A stretch of 64,000 nucleotides of DNA from Rhizobiales bacterium Ga0077556 (GTDB taxonomy: Bacteria > Pseudomonadota > Alphaproteobacteria > Rhizobiales > Phreatobacteraceae). The notes beneath the pieces were generated by a model. That model worked only from the letters and a program-made list of their open reading frames with translations. It did not search any database and was not told the DNA's origin. The DNA lies in the NCBI GenBank assembly GCA_001464235.1, contig LNFH01000428.1:337-64336 (forward strand), read 5' to 3'. This document shows positions 34,938 to 46,042 of the stretch, piece by piece. Numbering within the stretch: position 1 is the stretch's first letter; each line of letters starts with the position of its first letter. Made by a program: the position numbers and the translations under genes.

Positions 34938-35639
34938 TCAGGAGGCGTCGGTCGTCGTGCGCGACAAGTCGTCCCAGGCGCGCGCCGAGAGGCCGATATG
35001 CTCGCGCATGGCGGCCGCGGCGCGGGCGCTGTCGGCCCGCAGGATCGCCTGGACCACGAGGCTGTGCTCGTGGTGGGACCGCGCCAGGCGGTCGCGACCC
35101 TCGAACTGCGCGCGCCGGAAGGGGGCGAGCCTTCGGCGAGTCGCCGAGGCGAGCTCGGCGAGATAGGAGTTGTGCGAGCCGCGGTAGATGCCGACGTGGA
35201 AGGCGATGTTGGCGGCGCTGTAGGCGTCGAGGTCGCCGGCGCGCACGAGGCCCGCCATGGACTGGTGGAGCTCCTCCAGCGCGGTGCGCTCGGCGCGGTT
35301 CATCTGGGCGGCGCAGAGCCCGGCGCTGAGCGCCTCCAGCTCGCCCATGACCGAGAACATGTCGCGCAGCTGCTCGTGATCGGGCTTGGCCACCACCGCG
35401 CCGCGGTGCGGGCGGATCTCGACGAGGCCCGAGGCGGAGAGCTGGCGCAGCGCTTCGCGCACGGGCGTGCGCGACACCGCATATTCGGCGGCGATTTGCA
35501 CCTCGTCGAGGGCCGCACCCGGCTTCAGCCGGCCGGTGACGATGGCTTCGGCGAGCCGCGTCTGCAGCTCCTCGGTGCGCGTGCCGCGCACTGCCGCGGG
35601 GCCGTCTCCCCGCCCGCCGGGCGATGTCGTCGCGGTCAT
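34938..35639 (-). CDS. GntR/FadR family transcriptional regulator
   Basis: AVSRTPVREALRQL HTH; FCD domain (FHVGIY..EHSLVVQAI). Confidence 0.92.
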   Translation of the reverse strand: MTATTSPGGRGDGPAAVRGTRTEELQTRLAEAIVTGRLKPGAALDEVQIAAEYAVSRTPVREALRQLSASGLVEIRPHRGAVVAKPDHEQLRDMFSVMGELEALSAGLCAAQMNRAERTALEELHQSMAGLVRAGDLDAYSAANIAFHVGIYRGSHNSYLAELASATRRRLAPFRRAQFEGRDRLARSHHEHSLVVQAILRADSARAAAAMREHIGLSARAWDDLSRTTTDAS

Positions 35640-35649
35640 GGGGGCGCCG

Positions 35650-36639
35650 TCAGGGAGCGATGGTGGGAAGGCCGATGCGCAGCGGGCCGACCTGCAGCCG
35701 CCCGTCCGCCGCCCTCAGGGTGAAGATGCGGCCGGGCTTGCCCTCCACCTCCGTCGGACGGCTCGCCATGGTGATGGCCCCCGCCGCCAGCGGCCCGAGC
35801 GTCGCGCCGAGGCCGGTCGCCTGCAGCGCCGCCTCCACATTGGCGACGCGCAGCTCGATCTCGCCGTCCGGCTTGCCCTCGGGAGTGAGGCGCAGCGTCC
35901 CCTTGGCGACCGCCACGGCCGGGCCCTGGACGAGGCGCAGCAGCACGAGGTCGACCGCGCCGCCCGCCGCCATCCACTGGCGCACCGGCAGCACCTGCGG
36001 CCGGCTCGGCGTGCGCAGCAGCTTGCGGGCGACGAACTGGATCTCCGCGTCCACCGGCGCCATGGGCCGCACGGCGAAGGTCGCCTGCTTCAGGCTCGCC
36101 ACCACGTCGATGCTGACCGGGTCGCTGCGGTTCGGGCGGGTGTGCAGCTCGCTGCGGGTGGCCTTCACCAGCACCACGCCGTCACGCACCACCTCGAGCC
36201 CGTCGATGACCGCGTTGGAACTGTCGTAGCCGCCGATCTGCAGCTGCGCCGAGGCTTGGGCGAGCCGCCAGGTGGCGGTGGTCACCGAGGGGTCGCCCTC
36301 CGTCACCACGGTCATCGGCCCGGTCCATTCGGAGATGACGTGTCCCGGACTCCAGATCTGCGAGACCACCTTCAGGGTCTCGAAGCGGTAGGTCTGGTAG
36401 GGCCGCGCCTCGTCGCGCAGCTCCACCATCGGCTTCGAACAGGTGATCTCCATGCGGAACGGATAGCCGCCGCGCGAGCGCTCGCCGCACTGGATGACCC
36501 GCCCGTTGGCGGCCTCCGCCGCCAGCCAGCGCTGGATGGCGTCCTCGGCGCGGTGCGAGCCCCAGGCCCAGACGCCGCTCCATCCGCCGATGGCGAGGCC
36601 GATGACGACGAGGGGCAGGATGATGGTGCGTGGTCGCAT
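35650..36639 (-). CDS. DUF2125 family protein
   Basis: N-terminal TM, GGYPFRMEITC; divergent from chaC. Confidence 0.75.
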   Translation of the reverse strand: MRPRTIILPLVVIGLAIGGWSGVWAWGSHRAEDAIQRWLAAEAANGRVIQCGERSRGGYPFRMEITCSKPMVELRDEARPYQTYRFETLKVVSQIWSPGHVISEWTGPMTVVTEGDPSVTTATWRLAQASAQLQIGGYDSSNAVIDGLEVVRDGVVLVKATRSELHTRPNRSDPVSIDVVASLKQATFAVRPMAPVDAEIQFVARKLLRTPSRPQVLPVRQWMAAGGAVDLVLLRLVQGPAVAVAKGTLRLTPEGKPDGEIELRVANVEAALQATGLGATLGPLAAGAITMASRPTEVEGKPGRIFTLRAADGRLQVGPLRIGLPTIAP

Positions 36640-36730
36640 GGGCTCCGTCCGGCGGGAGTGCTTGCACTGGCAGGGCAGGGTCTATAGCAGAACCTGCAGG
36701 ACTCGTCCCTCACCCCGTCACGTCGCAATC

Positions 36731-37258
36731 ATGCATGAATCCGGCGATCTTTGGGTCTTCGGCTACGGGTCGCTGATCTGGCGCCCCGGCTTCGACTTTG
36801 TCGAGCGCCACCCGGCGCGGCTCGTCGGCCTGCACCGCTCCCTCTGCGTCTATTCCCACGTCCACCGCGGCACGCCCGAACAGCCCGGCCTCGTCCTCGG
36901 CCTCGACCGCGGCGGCACCTGCCGCGGCATGGCCTTCCGCGTCGTGGCAGCGAAGGCGGAAGAGACCATCGCCTATCTGCGCGAGCGCGAACAGGCGACG
37001 TCGGTCTATCTCGAGGTCTATCGCAACGTCACCCTGGAGCGCCCCGACCGGGCCCGCGTGCGGGCGCTGACCTACATCGTCGACCGCGGCCACGTGCAAT
37101 ATGCGGGGCGCCTGCCGCTCGACCGGCAGCTCCACATCGTCCGCCACGGCCACGGCCGTTCCGGCGCCAATCCCGACTATGTGATCAACACCGTCCGGGC
37201 CATCGAGGAGATGGGCTTCCGTGACCGCGACCTGCACTGGCTCGCCGGCCACCTCTAG
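36731..37258 (+). CDS. chaC: ChaC gamma-glutamylcyclotransferase
   Basis: WVFGYGSLIWRPGF, HRGTPEQPGLVLGLD. Confidence 0.9.
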   Translation: MHESGDLWVFGYGSLIWRPGFDFVERHPARLVGLHRSLCVYSHVHRGTPEQPGLVLGLDRGGTCRGMAFRVVAAKAEETIAYLREREQATSVYLEVYRNVTLERPDRARVRALTYIVDRGHVQYAGRLPLDRQLHIVRHGHGRSGANPDYVINTVRAIEEMGFRDRDLHWLAGHL

Positions 37259-37262
37259 GCGT

Positions 37263-38483
37263 TCAGGGCGTCTGGCCGCGCAGGAGCTTCGGCACCTCGC
37301 CGGTGATGCCGGCGGCCTGACGGATGAAGAAGCTCTTCAGGCCCGGCATGCGGTCGACGAGGCCGAGCCCGAGGTCGCGCACGAAGCGCAGCGGCTGCGA
37401 CCCGTTGGAGAACAGCCGGTTCAGCCCGTCCGTCGTCACGCCCATCACCGCCGTGTCGAAGCGCCGCCAGCGCTGGTAGCGGCCGTGGTCCATGCCGAGG
37501 CGGGCGGCGTCGGCGAGGCACTCGGCCAGGGCCGCCACGTCGCGGAAGCCCATGTTGATGCCCTGGCCGGCGATGGGATGGATGACGTGGGCCGCATCGC
37601 CGACGAGGGCGAGGCGGGGCGCGACGAAGTCGCGGGCGACCTTCAGGCCGAGGGGATAGGCGGCGGGCCTGTCGAGCAGGCGGATCTCGCCGAGGCGGTG
37701 GCCGAAGCGCGTCTCCAGTTCGTCGAGGAAGAGTTCCGCCGGCAGCCGGCAGAGACGCTCGGCGCGGCCGGTCTCCTCGGTCCAGACGATGGACGAGCGC
37801 CGTCCCGTCAGCGGCAGGATGGCGAAGGGCCCGGCGGGGAGGAAATGCTCCTCCGCCCGGCCCTCGTGGTCATGCTCGTGAGCGACGGTGCAGACGACGC
37901 CCGACTGCCCGTAGTCCCAGCCCACGGTGCGGATGCCGGCGAGGTCGCGCAGGCGAGAGCGGCCGCCGTCGCAGGCGACGAGCAGCGGCGTCACGACGAC
38001 GCGGCCGTCGGCCAGCGTCACGCGGGTCTCGTGGGCGTCGGCCTCGAAGCCCGCCACCGAGGTCGGCGCGAGTATCACCCCGAGCGCCTTCGCCCGTTCC
38101 CACAGGGCGCGGATCACCACGGCGTTGGGCGCCATGTGGGCGAAGGGCTCGCCGGGTGCCACCTCGCCGTCGAAGGTGAGGAAGACCGGGCGCACCACGT
38201 CGAGCGTGCGGCTGTCGGTCACCACCATGTCGAGGATCGGCTGCGCCTCCGGCGCGATGGTGTCCCACACGCCCGTCGCCTCGAACATGCGCCGCGCCGC
38301 CGCGGCGAAGGCCGAGGCACGGCCGGAATCGGCCGGCGGGGCATCGATGGACGGGTCGGCGACGGTGACGGAGAAGGAGGCGCCGAGCGCCGCCTTCAGC
38401 GCCACGGCGAGGGACAGCCCGGCGAGGCCGCCGCCGGCGATGAGGACGGCGGTGCGGGCGGGCGAGGGCGCTTCCTGGTTCAT
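37263..38483 (-). CDS. UbiH/UbiL-type FAD-dependent ubiquinone biosynthesis hydroxylase
   Basis: GGGLAG, ACDGGRSRLR, GDAAHVIHPIAGQGINMG, YQRWRRFD; probable short in-frame deletion near 37481. Confidence 0.88.
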   Translation of the reverse strand: MNQEAPSPARTAVLIAGGGLAGLSLAVALKAALGASFSVTVADPSIDAPPADSGRASAFAAAARRMFEATGVWDTIAPEAQPILDMVVTDSRTLDVVRPVFLTFDGEVAPGEPFAHMAPNAVVIRALWERAKALGVILAPTSVAGFEADAHETRVTLADGRVVVTPLLVACDGGRSRLRDLAGIRTVGWDYGQSGVVCTVAHEHDHEGRAEEHFLPAGPFAILPLTGRRSSIVWTEETGRAERLCRLPAELFLDELETRFGHRLGEIRLLDRPAAYPLGLKVARDFVAPRLALVGDAAHVIHPIAGQGINMGFRDVAALAECLADAARLGMDHGRYQRWRRFDTAVMGVTTDGLNRLFSNGSQPLRFVRDLGLGLVDRMPGLKSFFIRQAAGITGEVPKLLRGQTP

Positions 38484-38720
38484 GGGCCGAACCTAGCGGA
38501 ATTCGCCGGTCGAGGAAATCGGCTGGAGGCCGCGCGGACCTCACGATCCGGCGACCGAACCCGACGAAGTCCCGGGCCCGCGCGCGGTTTCAGGCCGGAT
38601 CAGCCTCGGGACGTCGGTCCCGGGCCAGACCAGTCTCAGGCGAAGCTGTGCCGAGGCGAGCCAGGCTCGCCCAGCGACCATGCCATGCCGACGCAGGCCT
38701 CTGCGCCGGTCGGTCCGGCC

Positions 38721-38936
38721 TCAGCCGCGAACCGCGAGATTGACCGCCTTCGGACCTTTGCCCCGCTTGTCCGGCTCGAGTTCGAACTCGAGTTTCTGCC
38801 CCTCGGCCAGACTGGCGAGCCCCGACCGCTGGACGGCCGAAATATGGACGAAGATGTCCTTGCCCCCATCGTCCGGCTTGATGAAGCCGTAGCCTTTCTC
38901 TGTATTGAAGAACTTGACGGTCCCCGTCATCGACAT
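38721..38936 (-). CDS. Cold-shock protein
   Basis: [26 protein letters not shown]1/RNP2. Confidence 0.95.
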   Translation of the reverse strand: MSMTGTVKFFNTEKGYGFIKPDDGGKDIFVHISAVQRSGLASLAEGQKLEFELEPDKRGKGPKAVNLAVRG

Positions 38937-39132
38937 GCCGGTCAGCCTTTCCGAATGCACTGCCGGTTCCGCACGATTGCGAACCTGCTAGAGCTCCGGA
39001 CCAGGAAATATCCGCGATGCTCCGGCGCCATGGTGGAACCGGATCGCCGCCAGATCCTTGCCGCCCGGACCTGAGAGCCGGAAAGAAGCGTAACTCGGAT
39101 TTTTCAGGCTGCACAGTCCCAATTTTGCTGCG

Positions 39133-39477
39133 TCAGCATGTGTTTCCCTGCGTCAACCGGGCGGATCTATAGGGCGCCAAAGAAGAGGTGGCGCATGGGA
39201 CAGGTGATATACGCCACGTTGTAACATTCTCATCGGTTGTGCAGATCGCCAGCCGCTCGCCGCTGGGCGTCTTGAGGCAGATTGTTTCCCCGACGATCCA
39301 ACTTTTGCCGGATGCACGGCACGTGCACGGGGGCAGCGTCACCGGCGGGCCGGGCGTGAAGGGCTGTCGCTGGGTGATTTGGGAAGCGTGCGCGGCAGGC
39401 GGCGCGCCGAGCGGCTGCGCCGCCGTTCCGGGGGCGGCCACGACGACGGCGATGAGGACCATGACCGCGGGGCGCAT
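39133..39477 (-). CDS. Small secreted Cys-rich hypothetical protein
   Basis: Signal-like N terminus; CTCRA..ETICLKTPSGERLAIC..NVTTW..C. Confidence 0.65.
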   Translation of the reverse strand: MRPAVMVLIAVVVAAPGTAAQPLGAPPAAHASQITQRQPFTPGPPVTLPPCTCRASGKSWIVGETICLKTPSGERLAICTTDENVTTWRISPVPCATSSLAPYRSARLTQGNTC

Positions 39478-39529
39478 GGGGACGAGAGTAGCAGCCCCCG
39501 CGCCGCCGTCCACTGCGACGAGAGGGCGC

Positions 39530-40282
39530 TCAGTCTCGCCCGGCGGTCAGCATGTAGTTGACCGAGAGGTCGGAGGTTTCCACCCACCGGTCGCGCAGGA
39601 GGTCGTAGCGCACCCCCTTGCGATCGGTCACCGCGAGGCCGTTCTCGGTCATCGCGGCGGCGAGATCCTCCGGCGTGACAAACTTGTCCCACTCGTGCGT
39701 GCCGCGCGGCAGCCAGCGCAGCACGTATTCGGCCCCGACGATGGCCAGCGCATAGCTCTTCAGGGTGCGGTTGATTGTCGCCATCACCAGCAGACCGCCC
39801 GGTTTCACCAGCGTGGAGCAGGCCTTCACGAAGAGACCGACATCGGCGACGTGCTCCACCACCTCCATGGCCAGCACGACGTCGAACTGCGCGCCCGCGG
39901 CGGCCCGCTCCTCCGCCGTCGTGCAGCGGTAGTCGATGGCAAGTCCCGAGAGCTTGGCGTGCAGGCGCGCGGTCTCGACGTTGGTGCGGGCGGGGTCGAT
40001 GCCGGTGACGGTGGCGCCCATGCGCGCCAGCGGCTCGCACAGGAGGCCGCCGCCGCAGCCGATGTCGAGCACCGACAGGCCCGCCAGCGCATCCAGGGCG
40101 TTGCGGTCGCGGCCGAAGCGGGCGCAGGCCTCCTCACGGATATGGGTCAGGCGCACCGGGTTGAACTTGTGCAGCACGCCCATCTTGCCCGCGGGGTTCC
40201 ACCATTCCGCCGCGAGGCGGGAGAACTTGTCGACCTCGCCGGGGTCGAGCGTGCTGGGCTGGGGCGTCTCGGTCGGGCGCAT
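39530..40282 (-). CDS. ubiG: Ubiquinone biosynthesis O-methyltransferase
   Basis: [37 protein letters not shown]. Confidence 0.95.
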   Translation of the reverse strand: MRPTETPQPSTLDPGEVDKFSRLAAEWWNPAGKMGVLHKFNPVRLTHIREEACARFGRDRNALDALAGLSVLDIGCGGGLLCEPLARMGATVTGIDPARTNVETARLHAKLSGLAIDYRCTTAEERAAAGAQFDVVLAMEVVEHVADVGLFVKACSTLVKPGGLLVMATINRTLKSYALAIVGAEYVLRWLPRGTHEWDKFVTPEDLAAAMTENGLAVTDRKGVRYDLLRDRWVETSDLSVNYMLTAGRD

Positions 40283-40409
40283 GGGCTTCCGATCCTCGGC
40301 ATTCGTCGGACGGGTGGTCTCCTGCGTTGCCTTACATCCGATCGATGGTTATGGATACGCGCCTTTTTGACCCAAGGGGCGCCGCCGGCGCCGGATCGTT
40401 TTTGAAACC

Positions 40410-41648
40410 ATGCCTCGCCTCGTGATGAAGTTCGGCGGCACGTCCGTCGCCAATGTCGACCGCATCAAGAACGTCGCGCGGCACGTCAAACGCGAGGTGG
40501 AGGCCGGCTACCAGGTCGCCGTCGTGGTCTCGGCCATGTCCGGCAAGACCAACGAGCTCGTCGCCTGGTGCAAGGAGGCCGCCCCCCTCTATGACCTCGC
40601 CGAATACGACACCGTGGTCGCCGCCGGCGAGCAGGTGACCTCCGGGCTCCTCGCCGTCGTCCTCACCGCCATGGGCATCAAGGCCCGCTCCTGGCAGGGC
40701 TGGCAGGTGCCGATCATCACCGACGAGGCCCATTCGGTCGCCCGCATCGCCGACATTCCCTCGGCCAACCTCGACGCCGCCTTCGCCGCCGGCGAGGTCG
40801 CGGTCATCTCCGGCTTCCAGGGCGTCACCCGCGAGAGCGGCCGCATCGCCACCCTCGGCCGCGGCGGCTCCGACACCTCGGCCGTCGCCGTCGCCGCGGC
40901 GATCCGCGCCGAGCGCTGCGACATCTACACCGACGTCGACGGCGTCTACACGACCGATCCGCGCATCGTCCCGAAGGCCCGCCGCCTCGACAAGGTCGGC
41001 TTCGAGGAGATGCTGGAAATGGCCTCGCTGGGCTCCAAGGTCCTGCAGGTCCGGTCCGTCGAACTTTCAATGATCCATGGCGTGCGCACCTATGTCCGAT
41101 CCTCCTTCGACGATCCGGACAATCCGCAGAGCGGCACGCTCATCTGCGACGAGGAGGAAATCGTGGAAAAGCAGGTCGTGACCGGCATCGCCTTCTCCAG
41201 GGACGAGGCGCAGGTGAGCGTGCGCGCCGTCGCCGACAAGCCGGGCGTCGCCGCCGCGATCTTCGGCCCCCTCGCCGAGGCCAACATCAACGTCGACATG
41301 ATCGTCCAGAACGTCTCCTCGGACGGCGCCACCACCGACATCACCTTCACGTGTCCGGGCGCCGACCTCGAGCGCGCCCGCCACGTGCTGATGGACGCCC
41401 GCGAGAGCGTCGGCTTCAAGGCGATCGAGACCGCTTCCGACGTGGTCAAGGTATCCTGCATCGGGGTGGGCATGCGCTCGCATGCCGGTGTCGCCGCCAA
41501 GGCCTTCAAAGCGCTGGCCGACAAGGGCATCAACATCCGCGCCATCACCACCTCGGAGATCAAGTTCTCCGTGCTGATCGACGCGGCCTATACCGAGCTC
41601 GCCGCCCGCACGCTCCACACGCTCTACGGGCTGGACAAGGCCGCGTGA
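40410..41648 (+). CDS. lysC: Aspartokinase
   Basis: [31 protein letters not shown], two ACT domains. Confidence 0.97.
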   Translation: MPRLVMKFGGTSVANVDRIKNVARHVKREVEAGYQVAVVVSAMSGKTNELVAWCKEAAPLYDLAEYDTVVAAGEQVTSGLLAVVLTAMGIKARSWQGWQVPIITDEAHSVARIADIPSANLDAAFAAGEVAVISGFQGVTRESGRIATLGRGGSDTSAVAVAAAIRAERCDIYTDVDGVYTTDPRIVPKARRLDKVGFEEMLEMASLGSKVLQVRSVELSMIHGVRTYVRSSFDDPDNPQSGTLICDEEEIVEKQVVTGIAFSRDEAQVSVRAVADKPGVAAAIFGPLAEANINVDMIVQNVSSDGATTDITFTCPGADLERARHVLMDARESVGFKAIETASDVVKVSCIGVGMRSHAGVAAKAFKALADKGINIRAITTSEIKFSVLIDAAYTELAARTLHTLYGLDKAA

Positions 41649-41819
41649 TCGTCGGGCGGGGACCACCCGCCCAGCGGCCCGCCCTTTGGCGGCGCTGCGG
41701 ACCGCAGGTTGCCCGCGGCCGGCTTTGCAAACCGCCACCGCCACCTTAATGGTGGATTTCGCGGCGGAGGCTCGCCGCGCCCTTTGCTCAGGACCGGGCT
41801 GCCAGCCCAGAACGTGACG

Positions 41820-44090
41820 ATGCCGATGCGCCCCGCATTCGGCGGTCCGCGCCTCCTGCTCCGCCGCCTCCGCGAGGTGATGGCGGAGCAGATCTCGGCG
41901 CAGGAACGCCTCGACAAGATCGTGGTGCTGATCGCGGCCAACATGGTGGCCGAGGTCTGCTCGGTCTATGTCCTGCGCGTCGACGCCACGCTCGAGCTCT
42001 ATGCCACCCAGGGCCTCAACCGCGAGGCGGTCCACCTGACCGTCATGCGCGCCGGCGAGGGTCTCGTCGGCCTGGTGGCGCAGACGGCCGAATCGCTGAA
42101 CCTCTCGGACGCCCAGGAGCATCCCTCCTTCTCCTTCAAGCCGGAGACGGGCGAGGAGATCTTCCACTCCTTCCTCGGCGTGCCGATCCTGCGCGGCGGC
42201 AACACGCTCGGCGTCCTCGTCGTGCAGAACCGCGCGCACCGGAAATACGAGGAAGACGAGGTCGAGGCGCTCCAGACGACCTCGATGGTGCTGGCGGAGA
42301 TGATCGCCTCGGGCGAGCTCTCCGCGCTCGCCCCGCCCGGCCAGGAACCCGCCGCACGCCGCCCCCTGCACCTGCCCGGCGAGGGCCTCGCCGAGGGCGT
42401 CGGCCTCGGCCACGTGGTGCTGCACGAGCCGCGCATCCAGGTCACCAAGCTGATCGCCGACGATCCCGCCCGCGAACTCGTCCGCATCGAGGCGGCGATC
42501 GAGGCCCTGCGCGCCGAGATCGACCACATGCTCGACGCCGAGGACGTCGCCCGCGGCGGCGAGCACAAGGACATCCTCGAGGCCTACCGCATGTTCGCCC
42601 ACGACCGCGGCTTCGTGCGCCGCCTGAAGGAGGCGATCGGCACCGGCATCACCGCCGAGGCGGCGGTGGAGCGCGTCCAGTCGGACAACCGCGCCCGCAT
42701 GATGCGCCAGACGGACCCCTATCTGCGCGAGCGCATGCACGACCTCGACGACCTCGCCAACCGCCTGATGCGCCAGCTCACCGGCGCCAAGGGCGAAGTG
42801 CGCATGGACCTGCCGGACAACGCCATCGTCGTGGCGCGACACATGGGCCCGGCGGCGCTCCTCGACTACGACCGCTCGCGCCTGCGCGGCCTCGTGCTGG
42901 AGGAGGCGGGCGCCACCAGCCACGTCGCCATCGTCGCCCGGGCGCTGGGCATCCCCACCGTCGGCCAGGCGGCGAACGTCACCAGCCTCGCCGATCCCGG
43001 CGATGCCATCATCATCGACGGCGCCACCGGCGAGGTGCACCTGCGCCCCACCAGCGACGTGGAGAGCGCCTATGCCGAGAAGGTGCGCTTCCGCGCCCGC
43101 CGGCAGGCCCAGTACGCCGCCATCCGCCACCTGCCCGCGGTGACCCGCGACGGCGTCGAGATCAAGCTCAACCTCAATGCCGGCCTGATGGTCGATCTGC
43201 CCTTCCTGGAAGAGACCGGCGCCTCGGGCATCGGCCTGTTCCGCACCGAGCTGCAGTTCATGGTCGCCAACGCCCTGCCGCGCACCGCCGAGCAGCTCGA
43301 CCTCTACCGCAAGGTGCTGGACGCCGCCGGCGACCGCCCCGTCACCTTCCGCACCCTCGACATCGGCGGCGACAAGGTGCTGCCCTACATGGACGTCATC
43401 CAGGAGGAGAACCCGGCCATGGGCTGGCGGGCGATCCGCCTCGGCCTCGACCGTCCGGGCCTCCTGCGCAGCCAGGTGCGCGCCATGCTGCGGGCCGGCG
43501 CCGGGCGCGAGGTGCGCATCATGTTCCCCATGGTGGCGGCGGTGGAGGAGTTCGACGCCGCCAAGGCCATCGTCGAGCGCGAGCTGACCCATCTGCGCCG
43601 CCACGACCACCGCATGCCCGACCGGGTGCAGATCGGCGTCATGGTCGAGGTGCCGGCCCTGCTGTTCCAGCTCGACGAACTGCTGCCGCGCGTCGATTTC
43701 CTGTCGGTCGGCTCCAACGACCTCGTCCAGTTCATGTTCGCGGTCGACCGCGGCAACAGCCGCATCGCCAACCGGTTCGACGTGCTCTCGCCGCCCATCC
43801 TCCGGGCGCTGCGCCTGCTCGCCCGCAAGGGCCGCGAGCACGGCAAGCCGGTCACCCTCTGCGGCGAGCTCGCCTCCCGGCCCCTCGAGGCCATGGTGCT
43901 GGCCGGCCTCGGCTATCGCTCGCTGTCGCTGTCCCCCGCCGCCATGGGGCCGGTGAAGTCCATGCTGCTCGACCTCGACCTGTCGCGGCTCGCAGCCCTG
44001 CTCGACGACCTCATCGACCAGCCCCGCCAGGGTGCCTCCATCCGCCAGCGCCTGCGCGACTTCGCCGAAGCCGAGGGCGTGACGCTCTGA
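41820..44090 (+). CDS. ptsP: PEP-protein phosphotransferase EI(Ntr)
   Basis: N-terminal [27 protein letters not shown]. Confidence 0.95.
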   Translation: MPMRPAFGGPRLLLRRLREVMAEQISAQERLDKIVVLIAANMVAEVCSVYVLRVDATLELYATQGLNREAVHLTVMRAGEGLVGLVAQTAESLNLSDAQEHPSFSFKPETGEEIFHSFLGVPILRGGNTLGVLVVQNRAHRKYEEDEVEALQTTSMVLAEMIASGELSALAPPGQEPAARRPLHLPGEGLAEGVGLGHVVLHEPRIQVTKLIADDPARELVRIEAAIEALRAEIDHMLDAEDVARGGEHKDILEAYRMFAHDRGFVRRLKEAIGTGITAEAAVERVQSDNRARMMRQTDPYLRERMHDLDDLANRLMRQLTGAKGEVRMDLPDNAIVVARHMGPAALLDYDRSRLRGLVLEEAGATSHVAIVARALGIPTVGQAANVTSLADPGDAIIIDGATGEVHLRPTSDVESAYAEKVRFRARRQAQYAAIRHLPAVTRDGVEIKLNLNAGLMVDLPFLEETGASGIGLFRTELQFMVANALPRTAEQLDLYRKVLDAAGDRPVTFRTLDIGGDKVLPYMDVIQEENPAMGWRAIRLGLDRPGLLRSQVRAMLRAGAGREVRIMFPMVAAVEEFDAAKAIVERELTHLRRHDHRMPDRVQIGVMVEVPALLFQLDELLPRVDFLSVGSNDLVQFMFAVDRGNSRIANRFDVLSPPILRALRLLARKGREHGKPVTLCGELASRPLEAMVLAGLGYRSLSLSPAAMGPVKSMLLDLDLSRLAALLDDLIDQPRQGASIRQRLRDFAEAEGVTL

Positions 44091-45166
44091 TGCTGCCGCT
44101 CGCCAAGCTCCAGGCGCTGATCGTCCGGCGCGATCTCGTCGAGGCCGAGCTCTCCGCCGGCGTCGAGGGCGAGCGCTACGTGGCGCTGTCGCGGGAATTC
44201 TCCGAGCTGACGCCGGTGGTCGAGGCGATCCACGCCTACCGGACGGCGCAGGCCGAGCTCGCCGACGTCGAGCAGCTCATCGCCGACCCCGCGACCGACC
44301 GGGAGATGGCCGACCTCGCCCACGAGGAGAAGCCGGCGCTGGAGGAGCGTCTCGCCGCCCTCGAGCACCAGCTCCGCCTCGCCCTGCTGCCGAAGGATGC
44401 GGCCGACGCCAAGAACGCCATCCTCGAAATCCGCGCCGGAACCGGCGGCGACGAGGCCTCGCTCTTCGCCGGCGACCTCTTCCGCATGTACGAGCGCTAT
44501 GCCGCCCTGCAGGGCTGGACCATGGAGCTGATCTCGGCGAGCGAGGGCACGGTCGGCGGTTACAAGGAGATCGTCGCCGAGATCCGCGGCGCCGGCGCCT
44601 ATGCCAGGCTGAAGTTCGAGAGCGGTGTCCACCGCGTGCAGCGCGTGCCGGCGACCGAGTCCGGCGGCCGTATCCATACCTCCGCCGCCACCGTCGCCGT
44701 CCTCCCCGAGGCGGAGGAGGTCGACGTCGCGATCGCCGAGGACGACCTCAGGATCGACGTCATGCGCGCCCAGGGCGCCGGCGGCCAGCACGTCAACAAG
44801 ACCGAGTCGGCGGTGCGCATCACCCACATCCCGACCAATACGGTCGTCCTCGTGCAGGACGAGCGCTCGCAGCACAAGAACAAGGCGCGGGCCATGGCCA
44901 TCCTGCGCTCGCGCATCTTCGACGAGGAGCGCCGCCGCCTCGCCGCGACACGCGCCGAGGACCGCAAGCTGCAGGTCGGCTCCGGCGACCGCTCCGAGCG
45001 CATCCGCACCTACAATTTCCCGCAGGGGCGGGTCACCGACCACCGCATCGAGCTGACGCTCTACAAGCTGCCGGAGATCATGGCAGGGACCGCGCTGGGC
45101 GAGATCATCGACGCGCTCATCGCCGATCACCAGGCGAGCCTCCTGGCGCTGGATACGGCGGCGTGA
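44090..45166 (+). CDS. prfA: Peptide chain release factor 1
   Basis: [19 protein letters not shown]. Confidence 0.97.
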   Translation: MLPLAKLQALIVRRDLVEAELSAGVEGERYVALSREFSELTPVVEAIHAYRTAQAELADVEQLIADPATDREMADLAHEEKPALEERLAALEHQLRLALLPKDAADAKNAILEIRAGTGGDEASLFAGDLFRMYERYAALQGWTMELISASEGTVGGYKEIVAEIRGAGAYARLKFESGVHRVQRVPATESGGRIHTSAATVAVLPEAEEVDVAIAEDDLRIDVMRAQGAGGQHVNKTESAVRITHIPTNTVVLVQDERSQHKNKARAMAILRSRIFDEERRRLAATRAEDRKLQVGSGDRSERIRTYNFPQGRVTDHRIELTLYKLPEIMAGTALGEIIDALIADHQASLLALDTAA

Positions 45167-46032
45167 TCCCCGCCGGCACGACCCTCGCCGCGGCGCGCCG
45201 CCTCCTCGCGGACAGGCTGGCGGCGGCGGGCATCGACGATGCCGGCACCGAGGCGCGGCTGCTCCTGAAGCTCGCCACGGGCCGCGACGCGGCTCTCGCC
45301 GGGTCGGCGGCCGAGACCTGTCTCGACGCGGCGGAGGCGACCCGCGCGTCCGCCCTCGCGGCGCGGCGCGCAGCGCGCGAGCCCTTCGCGCGCATCGCCG
45401 GCTGTGGCGCCTTCCACGGCCTCGATCTCGCGCTCAATCCCGCCTGCCTGGTGCCGCGGGACGACACAGAGGCCCTCGTCGATGCGGCGCTCCGCCTGCT
45501 GCCGGCGGGCGAGCCCGCCGCCATCCTCGACCTCGGCGTCGGCCCGGGCACCGTCCTGCTGGCGCTGCTGACCGAGCGGCCGGAGGCTCGCGGCCTCGGC
45601 ATCGACCTTTCCGCCGAGGCTCTGGAAGCGGCGCGGCGGAACGCCGTGACGCTCGGCCTCGCGGATCGTGCCGACTTCGCCGAGGGGCGCTGGACGGATG
45701 GGCTGTCGGGGACCTTCGACCTCGTCGTCTCCAACCCGCCCTATATTCCCGCCCGCGACTGCGACGCGCTCGCACCCGAAGTGGCGCTGCACGACCCGCG
45801 CCTCGCCCTCGACGGCGGCGCGGACGGGCTCGACGCCTATCGCGCCATCTTCGCAGGGGTCGGCCGCGTCCTGAAGCCGGGCGGCCACGTCGCGGTGGAG
45901 ATCGGCATCGGCCAGGCGCCGGATGTCACGGCCATTGCCTGCGCCTGCGGCTTCCGCCTGGAGCGGCTCTCGTCCGACCTCGCCGGCATCCCGCGCGCGC
46001 TCGTCTTCCGGCAGGCAGGTCCCGCCGGCTGA
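45163..46032 (+). CDS. prmC: Release factor glutamine methyltransferase
   Basis: [31 protein letters not shown]. Confidence 0.95.
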   Translation: MIPAGTTLAAARRLLADRLAAAGIDDAGTEARLLLKLATGRDAALAGSAAETCLDAAEATRASALAARRAAREPFARIAGCGAFHGLDLALNPACLVPRDDTEALVDAALRLLPAGEPAAILDLGVGPGTVLLALLTERPEARGLGIDLSAEALEAARRNAVTLGLADRADFAEGRWTDGLSGTFDLVVSNPPYIPARDCDALAPEVALHDPRLALDGGADGLDAYRAIFAGVGRVLKPGGHVAVEIGIGQAPDVTAIACACGFRLERLSSDLAGIPRALVFRQAGPAG

Positions 46033-46042
46033 GCCGGGCCCG

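Noticed and set aside
38484-38720. Possible ncRNA between the ubiH-like and csp genes
   Set aside because: No recognisable tRNA or riboswitch features, promoter or terminator
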